Of a stretch of DNA of 64,000 nucleotides, positions 52,324-62,871 are shown piece after piece (position 1 is the stretch's first letter; each line of letters opens with the position of its first letter). The position numbers and the translations under genes are program-made. The stretch spans positions 1,838,866 to 1,902,865 of the forward strand of contig NW_019091361.1 in NCBI RefSeq assembly GCF_001949145.1. The letters run 5' to 3'. Source of the stretch: Acanthaster planci. Lineage: Eukaryota. The notes under the pieces are model-generated. The model was not told where the DNA came from, ran no database searches, and saw nothing but the letters and a program-made list of their open reading frames with translations.

Positions 52324-52486
52324 TGGTTATGATCATGTTAAGCGTGTGGAGTCAGTTTATGAACCAGACAGGCACAAAACAGGTGTGGGTGTTAGTGTTA
52401 TGTTTTTTTGTACCAGCAAAGACTGTAAGTGGGAGAGATATCAGGTTTACATTGAAATCAAAATCTCTTGATCTCTGCAAATGCAG

Positions 52487-52683
52487 GCATCGACTTTCAC
52501 CTGAGTCTTCCCAGGGAGGCCGGGTTCAGACCGGCTGGGAACGTGACCCTACCCTCGTTGGCTCATCGCCAGAAGGAAGGATCGTCATCCCGTGAGTCGA
52601 TTAGACACAGCACTCCTATCATGGAGGAAAGCCCTAGTAGGCAGAAGGGTCAGGAAACGACTGCCACATCAACCGCTGCTCAG
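52487..52683 (+). CDS. TP53BP1: 53BP1 coding exon 17
   Basis: DFHLSLPREAG..RHSTPI resembles human PFHFTLPKEG..RHSTPI; CAG|GTATGG donor; phase 1 to 0. Confidence 0.87.
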
Positions 52684-52794
52684 GTATGGTCCATTGGCCT
52701 GGAGATTTCTTGTGAAGAAATGCCAGAAGAACTTGATAGAAAAAAACTATTCATGTAGAAGTAATTCCTACCTACTGAAGACTTTCTCTTTTAT

Positions 52795-53215
52795 TTAACC
52801 CCTTGACGACGGGATTTTTTTCCGAAAGCCGACGCCAAGAATTCCAGCCTCGCTTGGCCACAAAAGCCACCTGCTAAACCGCAAATTCTCAGTTCGTGGC
52901 CCTGCGTGCTTTGCACGCTTTGAATTACAGTGACAAAGCCCATTGTACGATGGCATGCGGCTCTACTCACGCTTCCACATTCCCGTTGCCTCTTTTCAAA
53001 GTGGGGACTATTGTGAAGGTGATGATTATGATGCAAATTCGGTCTTTTCATTTCTGGGCTACACACAAAGGCCAATCACCATATATACAAGAGCCAGGGT
53101 CTGCCTTCTTTCACCGTGTTCGCTTGAGCGTTGGGAGATAATAATAGCTGAAAAGCGGGCTGAGAATCTCAATTTTTACGGCGGCTCTTACCGTCTCCCG
53201 GCGCGAAGGGGTTAA
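52795..53215. mobile_element. piggyBac-type MITE (TTAA target)
   Basis: ttaaccccttgacgacggga vs reverse complement of the right end ttaaccccttcgcgccggga (17/20). Confidence 0.85.
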
Positions 53216-53854
53216 CTATTATGTTTGCCCTTTTCAGCCTTGTAAAATAAATCACTCAACTGCCATATCAACCATTATTCAGGTGCAGTCTGGTGCCCTT
53301 AGAGATTTCGCTTTTAGAAATGACCAAAAAGTCAGGTCGGAAAATGTGCCCCCAAAATTAAGGAAAACAAAATTCCTTCTAACAGAATATTTCGTCTTTA
53401 TATAAAAATTTTATACCCAGTTCACCAATATTACAAAATCATGTGATTGCATCACTACAGACAAAACAATTCAAAACCCAACTGAAATAATTGCCATTGT
53501 CGTGAACGTCTGCTGAACCAGCATAACGTATCAATGAATCCATGTATCTGTAGGAATTTTATACTGTGTCGTCCTCTTATTTTTTTGTTTAAGATCTCTT
53601 GAAAGATGGTCTGATTTGATTTAATCTGACTAAAAGGTCTGTAGATGTGGCCCTTTTTTGATTGAGTCAACAAATTGTGTCCTGTGAATGCCGCTCTCCC
53701 ATGATACCCTCCCAGTTTTTCAGGATTTTTACTTTCATGCCCTACAGATTACCAGTATTGAAAATCATGAAAATAGAAATGTTGTAAGCCAGGAATCATG
53801 CTTAGTTATTGTTTTGTTTAGTCACCACTTTTTGATGATCTTTATTGTTTACAG

Positions 53855-53960
53855 AAGGATGAAGCTCCGAAGTTGGTACTATCAAGCACCCTGACTCTTG
53901 GTGCAGAGAAGGAGCCAGATACTCAGACCAGCACTGAAACACCTGTCTTTCAGCTTGAAC
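53855..53960 (+). CDS. TP53BP1: 53BP1 coding exon 18
   Basis: tttacag acceptor, GTAAGT donor; phase 0 to 1. Confidence 0.8.
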
Positions 53961-54264
53961 GTAAGTGACAAGATCAGATTTTGTTTTCTTCCACACAGAA
54001 GTAATGGCAAGCAAGCATGTGTACAGATGTTCAGAATGCAAGCAGGTGTACAGAATGGAGCTCAGAGTCCTAACACATATTTTAATCATCTCAATCAATT
54101 ATTTGAGCCTCAGCAGATTGCAAAAGAGTAACGTTCCCTGTCAGAATACATGAAGTCAATTGCCGGTGATTATTGCATTAATTACAAGTAAGGCTCAAAT
54201 GCTTGTCATCAAGAACAGTTTCTGATAAGTCTTTCTTGTGGCTTGGTTTCGTTTTTCTTCTCAG

Positions 54265-54424
54265 GACCTTCGGATGCTGCACAGCTTATAAAAGCAGCTC
54301 ATGAAAGCCCCGCTAAAAAATCCACGTCAGTCTTCTCCAAGGTGAGGGAAACTAAGATGGCAGCAGGCCAGGCAAAGGTCAAAGGTCAAAAATCCTGGAG
54401 TGGAAGAGCAAAATACAATGAAAG
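54265..54424 (+). CDS. TP53BP1: 53BP1 coding exon 19
   Basis: ttctcag acceptor, AG|GTATGG donor; STSVFSKVRE; phase 1 to 2. Confidence 0.8.
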
Positions 54425-54551
54425 GTATGGAGATGACGTAAAACTTTCCTAAACATACGTCGAAAAAGTATGAAGCTACTTTCTGTTGATAACAATCAAC
54501 TTAGTCCTTATGTTAGCCTGAAACATTTGCTGTATGGGATGTGTTTGGGAA

Positions 54552-54655
54552 GTGTGCTTTAGTGGTCAAGTCTTTGACCTGTGACCAGAGGGATGAGCGG
54601 TTCAAATCCAGCTACCTTCCATAGGTTGGGGCTTTAGGCAAGCCTCTTCACCTCC
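54552..54655 (+). mobile_element. Degenerate tRNA-derived SINE head
   Basis: A-box-like tgctttagtgg, B-box ggttcaaatcc, followed by ctttaggcaagcctcttcacctc, a typical SINE core-like segment. Confidence 0.45.
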
Positions 54656-54851
54656 TCGTGGGAATAGATATATTGTAAGTCGATATGTGCCTGGAGAACT
54701 GGAGAAGTACCAGCCTGATAGGCCATGTTGGGGTGGGACAGACTTTGGCTGACTTGGGCTGTTTATTTTCGTAGGTTTAATTGATGCTTGACAAATCCCA
54801 ACTAAATATCAGTTGGTTAAAACAAAAGTAAATTTGTTTGTACTTTTGCAG

Positions 54852-55857
54852 TGACGATCCTTTTGCCTTGTCTCAAGATCGGCCTCACACGTCAAGCCGG
54901 CAACCCACAGAACATGTACCGTATAAGCCACCAAAGCAGACCCAGGGAGAAGAGGAGGATGAGGAGACTATTCCTGTCTGTTACCAGGAGGACGAAGTTG
55001 AAGCCACAACAGAGCAACAGGAACTGGGGGAGGAAACAGGTCGGGACAAAAAAGGCCAGAGACAAATGGCTGAGCCAGAAAATCAACTTGAAGAGGAGAG
55101 AAAGAAGGCTGGAGAAAGGACACCAGAAAAGAGAAAACAGGAGAAGTCAGAGAAGCCAGCACTGAGCAGCAGGTTGACAAGAAGTGGTCAAAAGAGGAAG
55201 CTGCAGGAAGAGCAGAGGTCGAGAAGAGGAATGGCCAAGAAGACGAGGTTTGAAGAAGCTGAGCGGGGAGAGCTGAGAGAGAAGCCTCCTGGCCAGAGGG
55301 ACCCATACGACTTCTCTGACTCGCAGTCCAACAAGACTCCCTCCCCGATGAAAAGGAACTCCCGCACCAGTGGGTCGAAGCCACCGACAGAAGCTAGTCC
55401 TAGGCAACAGGGGTCTCTGTTTAGGTATAGAAGTGCTCCAACGCCGGGGCACAAAGTACGACCTGTAAGAGACGTACCCACAGAACCAGCAACCATAACG
55501 AGTGCAACGGCTACGGCGTCGGTGCCTCACGAGACGCCAAAAAGACAGAAGAAGGACAAAGAGAAGGATGCCTTTCCTCCAGCACAGGAGAAGACTCCAC
55601 CTGTAGAGGATGTCTTGAAAGCATCTAGGCTTGAGGGCGCACTCCCTGAGACAAAATCGCCATCTGTCATGAAAACATCCTTGGCACGGGGAAAACGAGC
55701 AGGGATTGGCCGGCCAAGGCTGGCCTCACAACAGATCCTACAGGCCCAGCAGGATGATTCGTCTCCAGATTTCCAGCCAGATCAACCCAGGGAGAAGGCA
55801 GGGGTCAAGTTCAGGAGGTCACCACGCAAAAAATCATCTCAGAAACAAGACAAACCG
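54852..55857 (+). CDS. TP53BP1: 53BP1 coding exon 20 (large charged, disordered exon)
   Basis: Lies in the 344-aa ORF; ttttgcag acceptor, CCG|GTAAAA donor; phase 2 to 0. Confidence 0.87.
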
Positions 55858-56463
55858 GTAAAAGATCATTAAAGAGTATTTAATGTCAATTTTGGGAAAT
55901 GCTTGCAAAATTTGGTTCAAGAGGAAGAATGCATTTCTGAAATGTTATTGGTAAAGTCAGAATCAGCATTGGATAGTAAAAGCTCTGATTGAATGTCTGT
56001 ATAATACAAAGAGCCTAGGGAGGCCTCATAAATCAGAATGGTAGGAGTGTTCTATTTCAAACTCCTTGTTCTCATTGTGGAACACTGCCTCAGAACGGTA
56101 TTTATGCACAGGGTGGAATATTCCTGCTGATGTGTGAATGTTCCAATGGAATGTTGTTGTTTTCAGTGTGGGAACTGTCCAACGGCTAAGGAACATTCCT
56201 GACTTTGGAGAGGTTCCCCAAATGGGAAGTGTAGATATTATGTGAAGGTTTGTGACTTGTGGTTTCAGAATCAGAGGTTTGAATCTGACCACTGGCCACA
56301 TGTTTGAGCAGGTGTTAGAGAAATTACCTCAGTTATGTCATGTCAGTAAGACCAAAGCGAGTACTTAACTTGGTAATCCACATCGGGGAGGAGCAGCTGG
56401 AGTTTTTGTGAAGTGTTTCTAATAATTGATGGCTCTGTTGAACTTCTTTGGTGTTCACTGCAG

Positions 56464-56595
56464 GCAGCTGGTGAGTCAACTGCTGGTGATCCACCCCTTT
56501 CCCACCGGCACGTTGTCCGGCAAACTGTGGTTTTTCGGGTTGTCGTTGAGAAGATTATTGTGGACGGCAAAGTGGTGAAGACATGGGAGACGCGG
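56464..56595 (+). CDS. TP53BP1: 53BP1 coding exon 21 (oligomerisation domain)
   Basis: HRHVVRQTVVFRVVVEKIIVDGKVVK aligns with human HRHMRTIREVRTLVTRVITDVYYVDGTEVE; phase 0 to 0. Confidence 0.9.
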
Positions 56596-56743
56596 GTAGG
56601 TCAACCTGAGCAGATGTGATGCTTAGATCTATGCTCTGTTGCTCAGTAAATGCTACGGGTGCATTCTTGTACTCTCTTAGGCATTTACTGTTAAAAGTTA
56701 TGATAAAAACTGAATTCGTCTTTCTTTTCTCATTTTCATGTAG

Positions 56744-57998
56744 GAACAAGTGGAGCCTGTTGTTGAAACAATTGAAGATGAGGATAGCGTGGATTTTCCT
56801 TCTCCGTCTCGTTCTATCAGCTCCCTGACCTCAGGATCACTGGCTGACGTCAGCTCGATGTACTCCAAGACATCTGGCTCCTCCCCGAGTCTTGTCAGGA
56901 CCCTTAGTGGCAGCGGTGGGACGCTGTCCAAGCACAGCAGCTTCTCCAGCATCTCGCGCACTGGCAGCTCTCTCAGTAAGCAAACCGTCAGCTCTCCTGG
57001 CTCAGACAAGAGTACCCCCAGCCTGAATAAGAGTGTGAGCTCCCCCGGTTCCGACAAAAGCCCTGGCAATGAGAAAAAGGCCGGCGGTGAATTGTTAAGC
57101 CCAGGGGCTGCTGGCCCTTCACTTCCCAGAAGGGTGTCTTTCACTAGGGAATCAAATAAGCCAGCTTCCCTGATTAGGAGTTCATCTGGCAGCAGTGACG
57201 AGACCCGTCACAGGACAAATCTAGATCCTGATGTTGTCTTTCAGAGGCCACATCAGACTCCGAGACGGAAGGTAGATCAACAGCAAGGCAGTGGTTTGGC
57301 CGAGAGGATGTCCTTACCAGTTTCTGAAGAGGTCAGGAGTCCACAAGAAGGTGTAACCCATGAGCCAAATATATCTGCAACAGAGGTTGTCAAACTAGTG
57401 CAGCTCTCACAGGAAAGTGCTCCCGCAAAGGAAACAACTAGAGAGGATCGATCTCCCAAAAGGAGTCCTGAAAGTAAATTATCACGAAGGCGAACAAGAG
57501 ACAGAACATCTGGCTCCTCCTCATCACCGCATCCTGCATCTTCTTCACCCGTAAGAAGATCTTCAAGAGTAGGGTCAACTCAATCCGAAAGAGATACTGT
57601 CAACAGAAGGCCAGTGCCAAGGACTCGCTCTACACCTGAGATAGAAACAGTCCCAATCACTAGATCAGTATCTCTGGCATCTGCTGAGAAAGACAAGAAA
57701 TCAGCAAGGAGGCCAAGGGATAAGGACCAAGGCCCTGCAGTGGCAGCTGCAGGGACTGGCAAAGCATCCCCTGATGGATCTAAGAAATCAACGCCAAGGA
57801 CTCCCTCAGCTGAGCTTTCTTCTCAGGAGCAGCCCAGGTTAGAGTGTCAGAGAAGAGGAACAAGAAGGGAGCCTGTCACGAGTCCACCAAATAAAGAAGA
57901 TATACAGCTGGGTACAGAAGAGAAAGAGCACATACCAGAGGAACTTAGGATATCATCAGATTTGGAAAGACGCACTTCAAGGTCATCAAGAAGCAAAG
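56744..57998 (+). CDS. TP53BP1: 53BP1 coding exon 22 (end of OD and long Ser/Arg-rich linker)
   Basis: Lies in the 436-aa ORF; EPVVE..SPSRS..SGSLADVSS resembles human EPIVE..SPSQT..SGDLGDISS; phase 0 to 1. Confidence 0.88.
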
Positions 57999-58142
57999 GT
58001 GCAACACTAAGACATTTTGTTATTCAAACATTCCTCACTAAATCTTTCAGTACATTTTGAATTTTCCAGAGAGGGAATTACACTATTAAAGATAAAATTT
58101 AAGTTAAAATTTTCATGAAACTGTTCACATTTTTTTTACCAG

Positions 58143-58407
58143 GGAAAAGTATTACTCAAAAGAAAACATTGTCACCCACTACCCAAAGGAGAACATCAAC
58201 CCTTCCAGAGCAGTCGACTAAACCAGTGACTTCTGAATCCTCTTCCTACCTTCCCCGGGACACACTGTTGGAGCCTCCAGCAGGTGAGACTCTACCAGTT
58301 GCTGAAGGGGAGGGTTCCTCACTGCTGCCTGGTACAAAGGTCTACACCAAATGGCTAGATGGCTTCTGGTATCCGGGCACCATTCTTTGCCAGGATAAAT
58401 ATCTGAG
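58143..58407 (+). CDS. TP53BP1: 53BP1 coding exon 23 (start of Tudor 1)
   Basis: GTKVYTKWLDGFWYPGTI vs human GLRVVAKWSSNGYFYSGKI; AG|GTGAGA donor; phase 1 to 2. Confidence 0.92.
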
Positions 58408-58439
58408 GTGAGAGATAATTGGAAGATGAAGGCTAAAAG

Positions 58440-58611
58440 CTGGTGTTTCAGTTAATAAGACCATTCACACTACCAATGACAAGGAATAGGTTAAACAGTG
58501 ATAAAGGAATGTTCTTCATTGTAGGTGATTTGAATTGTCTGTGGCTTGATTTCAGACAAGAAGTCTTGTGGGGTCTTGCCATGGTCTAAAGGGGCCTCTG
58601 CTACGTCACTG
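58440..58611. mobile_element. Diverged copy of the hAT-type MITE family
   Basis: ggttaaacagtgataaaggaatg core and gtcttgtggggtcttg..ctacgtcactg end. Confidence 0.5.
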
Positions 58612-59030
58612 GCCTGTTAACTAGCAAAAGCTTAATATTTTTTTAATGAGTTGTGAAGCCTTATCACTTTTTTGTCTAAAGCTGAAGAAATGTGGGAACT
58701 TAGAGCGCGCAGTCACCTATGAATGACTTGATATTTAGAACTTTTGACATCTCTGGGTCATGACTGGGTTTCGAAATTTAAACAATTTAGTAAAGTCTTT
58801 AATACATAATAAAGTGTTGGCTGATAAGGGTGTAGAATACGTTTATCCTTTCTTCTCCCGTACGATCACAACCTGTCAAATCCCACCCCAATTTAAAAGT
58901 GAAGTAAGTCTTCATTTCCTTTTCATTAGACTGTTTATACTTTCATTCAAGAACCTAGTGACAGCATCTGTTTGGAAAGGTGCCTTGATTTGATTCGTGA
59001 TTCACAGGCAAAGCACCTTGATCTAATTAG

Positions 59031-59155
59031 GTACATGATAGAATTTGACGACGGGGATCGCCGCGCTGTGAACGAACGTGATATCATCATTAAGGAATGG
59101 CTTAGCCGAGGCCAGAGCGTCATGGCCAAGGATGTTGATGGCTACCACTATGCAG
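59031..59155 (+). CDS. TP53BP1: 53BP1 coding exon 24 (Tudor 1/2)
   Basis: YMIEFDDGDRRAVNERDIII..VMAKDVDGYHYAG vs human YKLLFDDGYECDVLGKDILL..YFSAG; phase 2 to 1. Confidence 0.92.
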
Positions 59156-59505
59156 GTACTTGACCACTCTATAGACTGTTGACCAATGGGAAAAGATCAC
59201 TGTATCGTGGTCCAATCATCCACCTAACCTATTCCTATATATTATTCATTATTGTTATGATATGCTTCTGCATTTTCAAGACTGATTTTGTGGCACAACT
59301 GTGATATGACCAGAGATCTTTACTAGGTGCCCACAACTTCTTGTACGGGATCTGTAGAGTTTGTGTTCATGGCCCCGGCGTTTGACTGGTATCGCATCTG
59401 TGTGTGCAGAGTTGACATCTGTGAACACAGTGCTTTATGCTGTTGTTTGGGGATATTAAAGTCTTGTCTGATACGCATCATCGGTGATGTCTTTGTGTTC
59501 TGTAG

Positions 59506-59590
59506 GTTTGGTTGTTGGATATTACCAAGATGTGGATAGAAATACCAGTGGCTATGTCATTGAGCAGACAGACTCCCACGAAACATCCAG
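59506..59590 (+). CDS. TP53BP1: 53BP1 coding exon 25 (Tudor 2)
   Basis: GLVVGYY..GYVIEQ; ctgtag acceptor, CAG|GTAAAG donor; phase 1 to 2. Confidence 0.88.
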
Positions 59591-59975
59591 GTAAAGTGGT
59601 TATTGTCTCGTCAGTAAAATTGTTCGACTCTTTATGGTTCACATCATATTCACGCCCTGTAGATTTACATGTATATCCATCGCATTATTTTCATTCCCTC
59701 CCATTTTGTTGGGAGCTATTGAATTCCTCCAAGCTTACCTTGGTCTGTGAGTTGTCAAGCTCTTGAACATACTCGCCCCTGTCCCCCAGAGAGTCTGGAA
59801 AGAGATTGTCGTTTGATGTTGGGTTCCTGAAATCGAAGGTAACGCTTTAAGAATTTCCATTGCTATCTAGGTCAAATCAAATAAGATTTTGTATCGTCTA
59901 CTTCGTCATTGCTCTATCTCCCTGGACTATTTTTTTTTGTTCACAGCATATCTTGTTTCTTACAATTGTCTGCAG

Positions 59976-60079
59976 ATATGAGAGGCATCATGTGATCCTG
60001 ACCAAAGACCAGGCAGCTAGTCTGGTCAGCAGCACTAGTGGTAGTAGCAATACCAGTGGCAGCAACGTCATCAGCCTCG
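59976..60079 (+). CDS. TP53BP1: 53BP1 coding exon 26 (end of Tudor 2, start of UDR)
   Basis: YERHHVILTKDQAASL..VISL vs human YKRMAVILSLEQGNRL..DISL; phase 2 to 1. Confidence 0.9.
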
Positions 60080-60120
60080 GTACAATTTGGGTTTCGTAAT
60101 TCTTAACATTTACACTCATT

Positions 60121-60249
60121 GGCATGTTCGATCAGCAACAAATTGTCAGCCAATAGTCGATTTTGACTGGTAACCTATACATGAAATATATACAGGGCAC
60201 CAGGCAGTATCAACCAGTGGTTAACAAGTTGTTGCTGATTGAATATGCC
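60121..60249. mobile_element. Small hairpin MITE
   Basis: ggcatgttcgatcagcaacaa pairs with ttgttgctgattgaatatgcc (19/21). Confidence 0.7.
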
Positions 60250-60329
60250 CTACGTTGATTGGCTTTTCATTGCAGCATTTGAATGAAACAGTGTACCGAA
60301 AGTAAATGCGTAGAAAGTAGTTTTCACCT

Positions 60330-60515
60330 AGTCCAGGATTTCAAGCTCTGTACTGTTTTGTACTTGAATTCATCACAATTCCCTGCAGGTCTGTCCCAAG
60401 CTGCTAAAATGAAATGTGAAGACAGCATGTCTTTGTCATTGTTCACCCCACTGCTCATCACTAGTCTCGTCAAAGACATTGTAAAGGGATTCTGATGAAC
60501 TCGACCACAGAACTG
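60330..60515. mobile_element. Diverged copy of the hAT-type MITE family
   Basis: ctttgtcattgttcaccc at 60431 is identical to 62786; ends actcgaccacagaactg. Confidence 0.55.
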
Positions 60516-60537
60516 GTCATGCAATCAAGACTATGCA

Positions 60538-60903
60538 AGATGTATTTTGCGTTGGGGAGATGTTAATTTACATAACGGGATTTGCCCTTACCCAATGTAT
60601 ATATTGATAAACGCTGTATGCTCAATGCTTGTCCGGGAGCTTGCGAAAAAATTCACAAGGTTACTCGGGTGGGACTCGAACCCACGACCTCCTGCTTACT
60701 TGTGCAGATGTCTTAACCACGCGACCACCGAGCTTGCTGGGTCGGCTGGCCGGTCCTTGTCAGGTGAAGCAGCTGGTACCGCGAACTATTTCAAGATGTC
60801 CCGCCCGAGTAAGCTTGTGAATTTTTTCGCAAGCTCTCGGACAAGCACTGAGCATACAGTGTTTATGAATATTTACATTGGGTAAGGGCAAAACCCGTTA
60901 TAT
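60538..60903. mobile_element. Palindromic tRNA-derived element with ~105-bp inverted arms and an 11-bp TSD
   Basis: Arms 60569-60675 and 60798-60904 are about 90% reverse-complementary; AAGACTATGCA at 60527-60537 and 60904-60914. Confidence 0.85.
60663..60733 (-). pseudogene. tRNA-like cloverleaf (SINE-type head) with an aberrant 8-nt anticodon loop
   Basis: GCTCGG/CCGAGT acceptor stem, GTC/GAC D stem, TCTGC/GCAGG anticodon stem, GTGGG-TTCGAGT-CCCAC T arm; A and B boxes present. Confidence 0.75.
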
Positions 60904-60997
60904 AAGACTATGCAGACATTGGTGTAACTTGTAAGTTGAAGTTATAGTTGAACGAGTAGATTTTTGACTTTTTCTTTTCAGGTTCAATTTTTTGAAG

Positions 60998-61088
60998 CAG
61001 TGCCATAGGTAGGATTTTACTAGTGGGGGGCACAAAGGGGCACCTGCATCTTATGGGGGAGGGGGGCCCCCTCGTGGCTACGCCACTG
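60998..61088. mobile_element. Short G-rich TIR element (CAGTG..CACTG)
   Basis: cagtgccatag / ctacgccactg ends; imperfect 8-bp flanks ttttgaag / gcttgaag. Confidence 0.55.
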
Positions 61089-61184
61089 GCTTGAAGTATT
61101 TATTCACTTGAAGTTTTTGTCTAACAGAGAGCACATATTAAACTCCTCTGTCATGCATTTCCAAACCATCTACTCTGCTCCCAG

Positions 61185-61403
61185 ACAACGTGGTGTACAG
61201 CAAACGAACTAGGCTTCGCAGTTGTCTCCTTGAGAGCCCAAGTGGCGGTGCCAGGGTGGAAAAACCACGTCAGCAAACGCCCAGACCACCGCAGAAGACA
61301 ACACCGTTGCGGCAGGGGGTTAAAAGGAAGCTGGTGCCCTCGGAGGAACAGCCAAAGAAAGACACACCTTCCCCAAGGAAGAGAGGCAGAGCAGCTGCAC
61401 AAG
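61185..61403 (+). CDS. TP53BP1: 53BP1 coding exon 27 (UDR motif and NLS)
   Basis: Spliced ISLDNVVYSKRTR vs human ISLDNLVEGKRKR; GVKRKL NLS-like; phase 1 to 1. Confidence 0.9.
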
Positions 61404-61463
61404 GTTTGTAATGTTATAGACCCGAACCTTCTCCATGAGAAAAAAATATTCTCAGTTCTCTTA

Positions 61464-61881
61464 GGGACGGCGACCATTTAGACCCGGTTTGAAAAGGGCC
61501 CCCCGGTAGCCCACCCGGTATAATGCCTGCCCGGTATTCAGCCTACTCCAGGCCGGTATAAGGCCTGTCTGCACATTGGCATTTCAAAGTCCCTGATGAA
61601 AGGCTTCCCCCAACATGCTTGCACAGATGTATAGGGGTCTAAGCGGATTAGTGTAAACATTGTATAGAGCTTAAGGATTAAAAACCACAAGCAGGTTCCT
61701 TCTGGGATAGATTACATGTACCAGTACTTGCAAACAATAGACCCCAGGATGAAGAAGTTCGAGATCAACAACCAGTCCAGTATCCCAGGCCAGTAGCCAG
61801 GCCGGTATGAAAGGGGTTTTTGCAACCGGGCGAGCTTACCGGGGGGCCCTTTTCAAACCGGGTCTAAATGGTCGCCGGCCC
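61464..61881. mobile_element. PIF/Harbinger (Tourist-like) MITE
   Basis: About 45-bp near-perfect TIRs gggacggcgaccatttagacccggtttgaaaagggccccccggta; flanked by 3-bp TTA duplication. Confidence 0.9.
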
Positions 61882-62354
61882 TTACATGCCACTAGACTAG
61901 CTGTGGCACTCACTCTATAGGTGGAATGTAAGCTAGTCAGCCATATTGCCAATACCTGCCACACAAAGGGATGTTGAGGATGCCCTACCTTATCAGCGAA
62001 GATTTCCAAAATGGTGAATGGAGAGATGCCATTTGCATGTCAAAGAATTAGCTTGGCATTCCTTGGAGTGTGTACTACTACTGTAGCAAAGCACTGGTCA
62101 GCCATTAAAAGTCAATATTGAAGTGATTTGGAGGACAGAGCAGAGCAAGGAATAATCACCTGTCACTGGACACACCTCTAAAAAGAGGTCATCAGTATTG
62201 CAGATGCAAACATAGAGGGATTGTCTAACATTTTCCACGAGAAGAGCCTTTTCTTCATGAGATGAATGTCTGCTTCTAGACTGTGAGGAAACTTGAACCC
62301 CCCCCACCAGGAGCTCATTTGTTGGTATTTTCTGTTAATTGTTTTTGTAAACAG

Positions 62355-62594
62355 GTGTTCTCACACCGAGCCCTGAGCTCACCATTAGCCCCCGTCGCTC
62401 ACCGCGCAAGCGCCAGCAACCAAAGCAGAGTCCACAGACAGAGGAAGCCCATCCCATGGCTGTCCACATGGGCCCCCTGCCTAGGCAAGCTACACTGTTC
62501 CGTAACCACGCCTTCCTGGTGACTCACGGCGAGGTCAAGAAGCCCCCCAAGCAGATGTCGTCATCGGACGAAAGCAGCGGAGAAGAACATGATA
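62355..62594 (+). CDS. TP53BP1: 53BP1 coding exon 28 (start of BRCT1)
   Basis: GPLPRQATLFRNHAFLVT vs human GPLPLNKTLFLGYAFLLT; phase 1 to 1. Confidence 0.92.
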
Positions 62595-62690
62595 GTAAGA
62601 GTGCAACACTGTCATTCATCCATTTTATCTCTGGAAGTGACAGGCATACAAAATCAATTCCATATTTGCATTGTCACTGGGAGACATTGT

Positions 62691-62871
62691 CAGTGTTGTC
62701 GTCAAGACCACTTTAAGACCATCACAAAACCTGTCACCTGAATTCAAATCAATAGCTGTTCAAATAAGCTGCAATAACAGCACTCCTTTGTCATTGTTCA
62801 CCCTGTTACTTATGTCTGGGCTTTTGAATGGTCTTGTGTATGGTCTTACGATGGTTTCGACTACAACTCTG
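62691..62871. mobile_element. Copy of the hAT-type MITE family
   Basis: cagtgttgtcgtcaagacc / ggtttcgactacaactctg ends; shared core ctttgtcattgttcaccc. Confidence 0.65.

Noticed and set aside
56230..56330. Second degenerate SINE head
   Set aside because: Only a weak B-box-like ggtttgaatc; too decayed to support
59008..59030. Upstream ttcacag acceptor for Tudor exon 24
   Set aside because: Adds 23 nt and shifts the frame; the acceptor at 59030 preserves the Tudor alignment
60663..60733. Functional tRNA gene
   Set aside because: 8-nt anticodon loop without U33, 6-bp acceptor stem, and embedded in a repeat with a TSD
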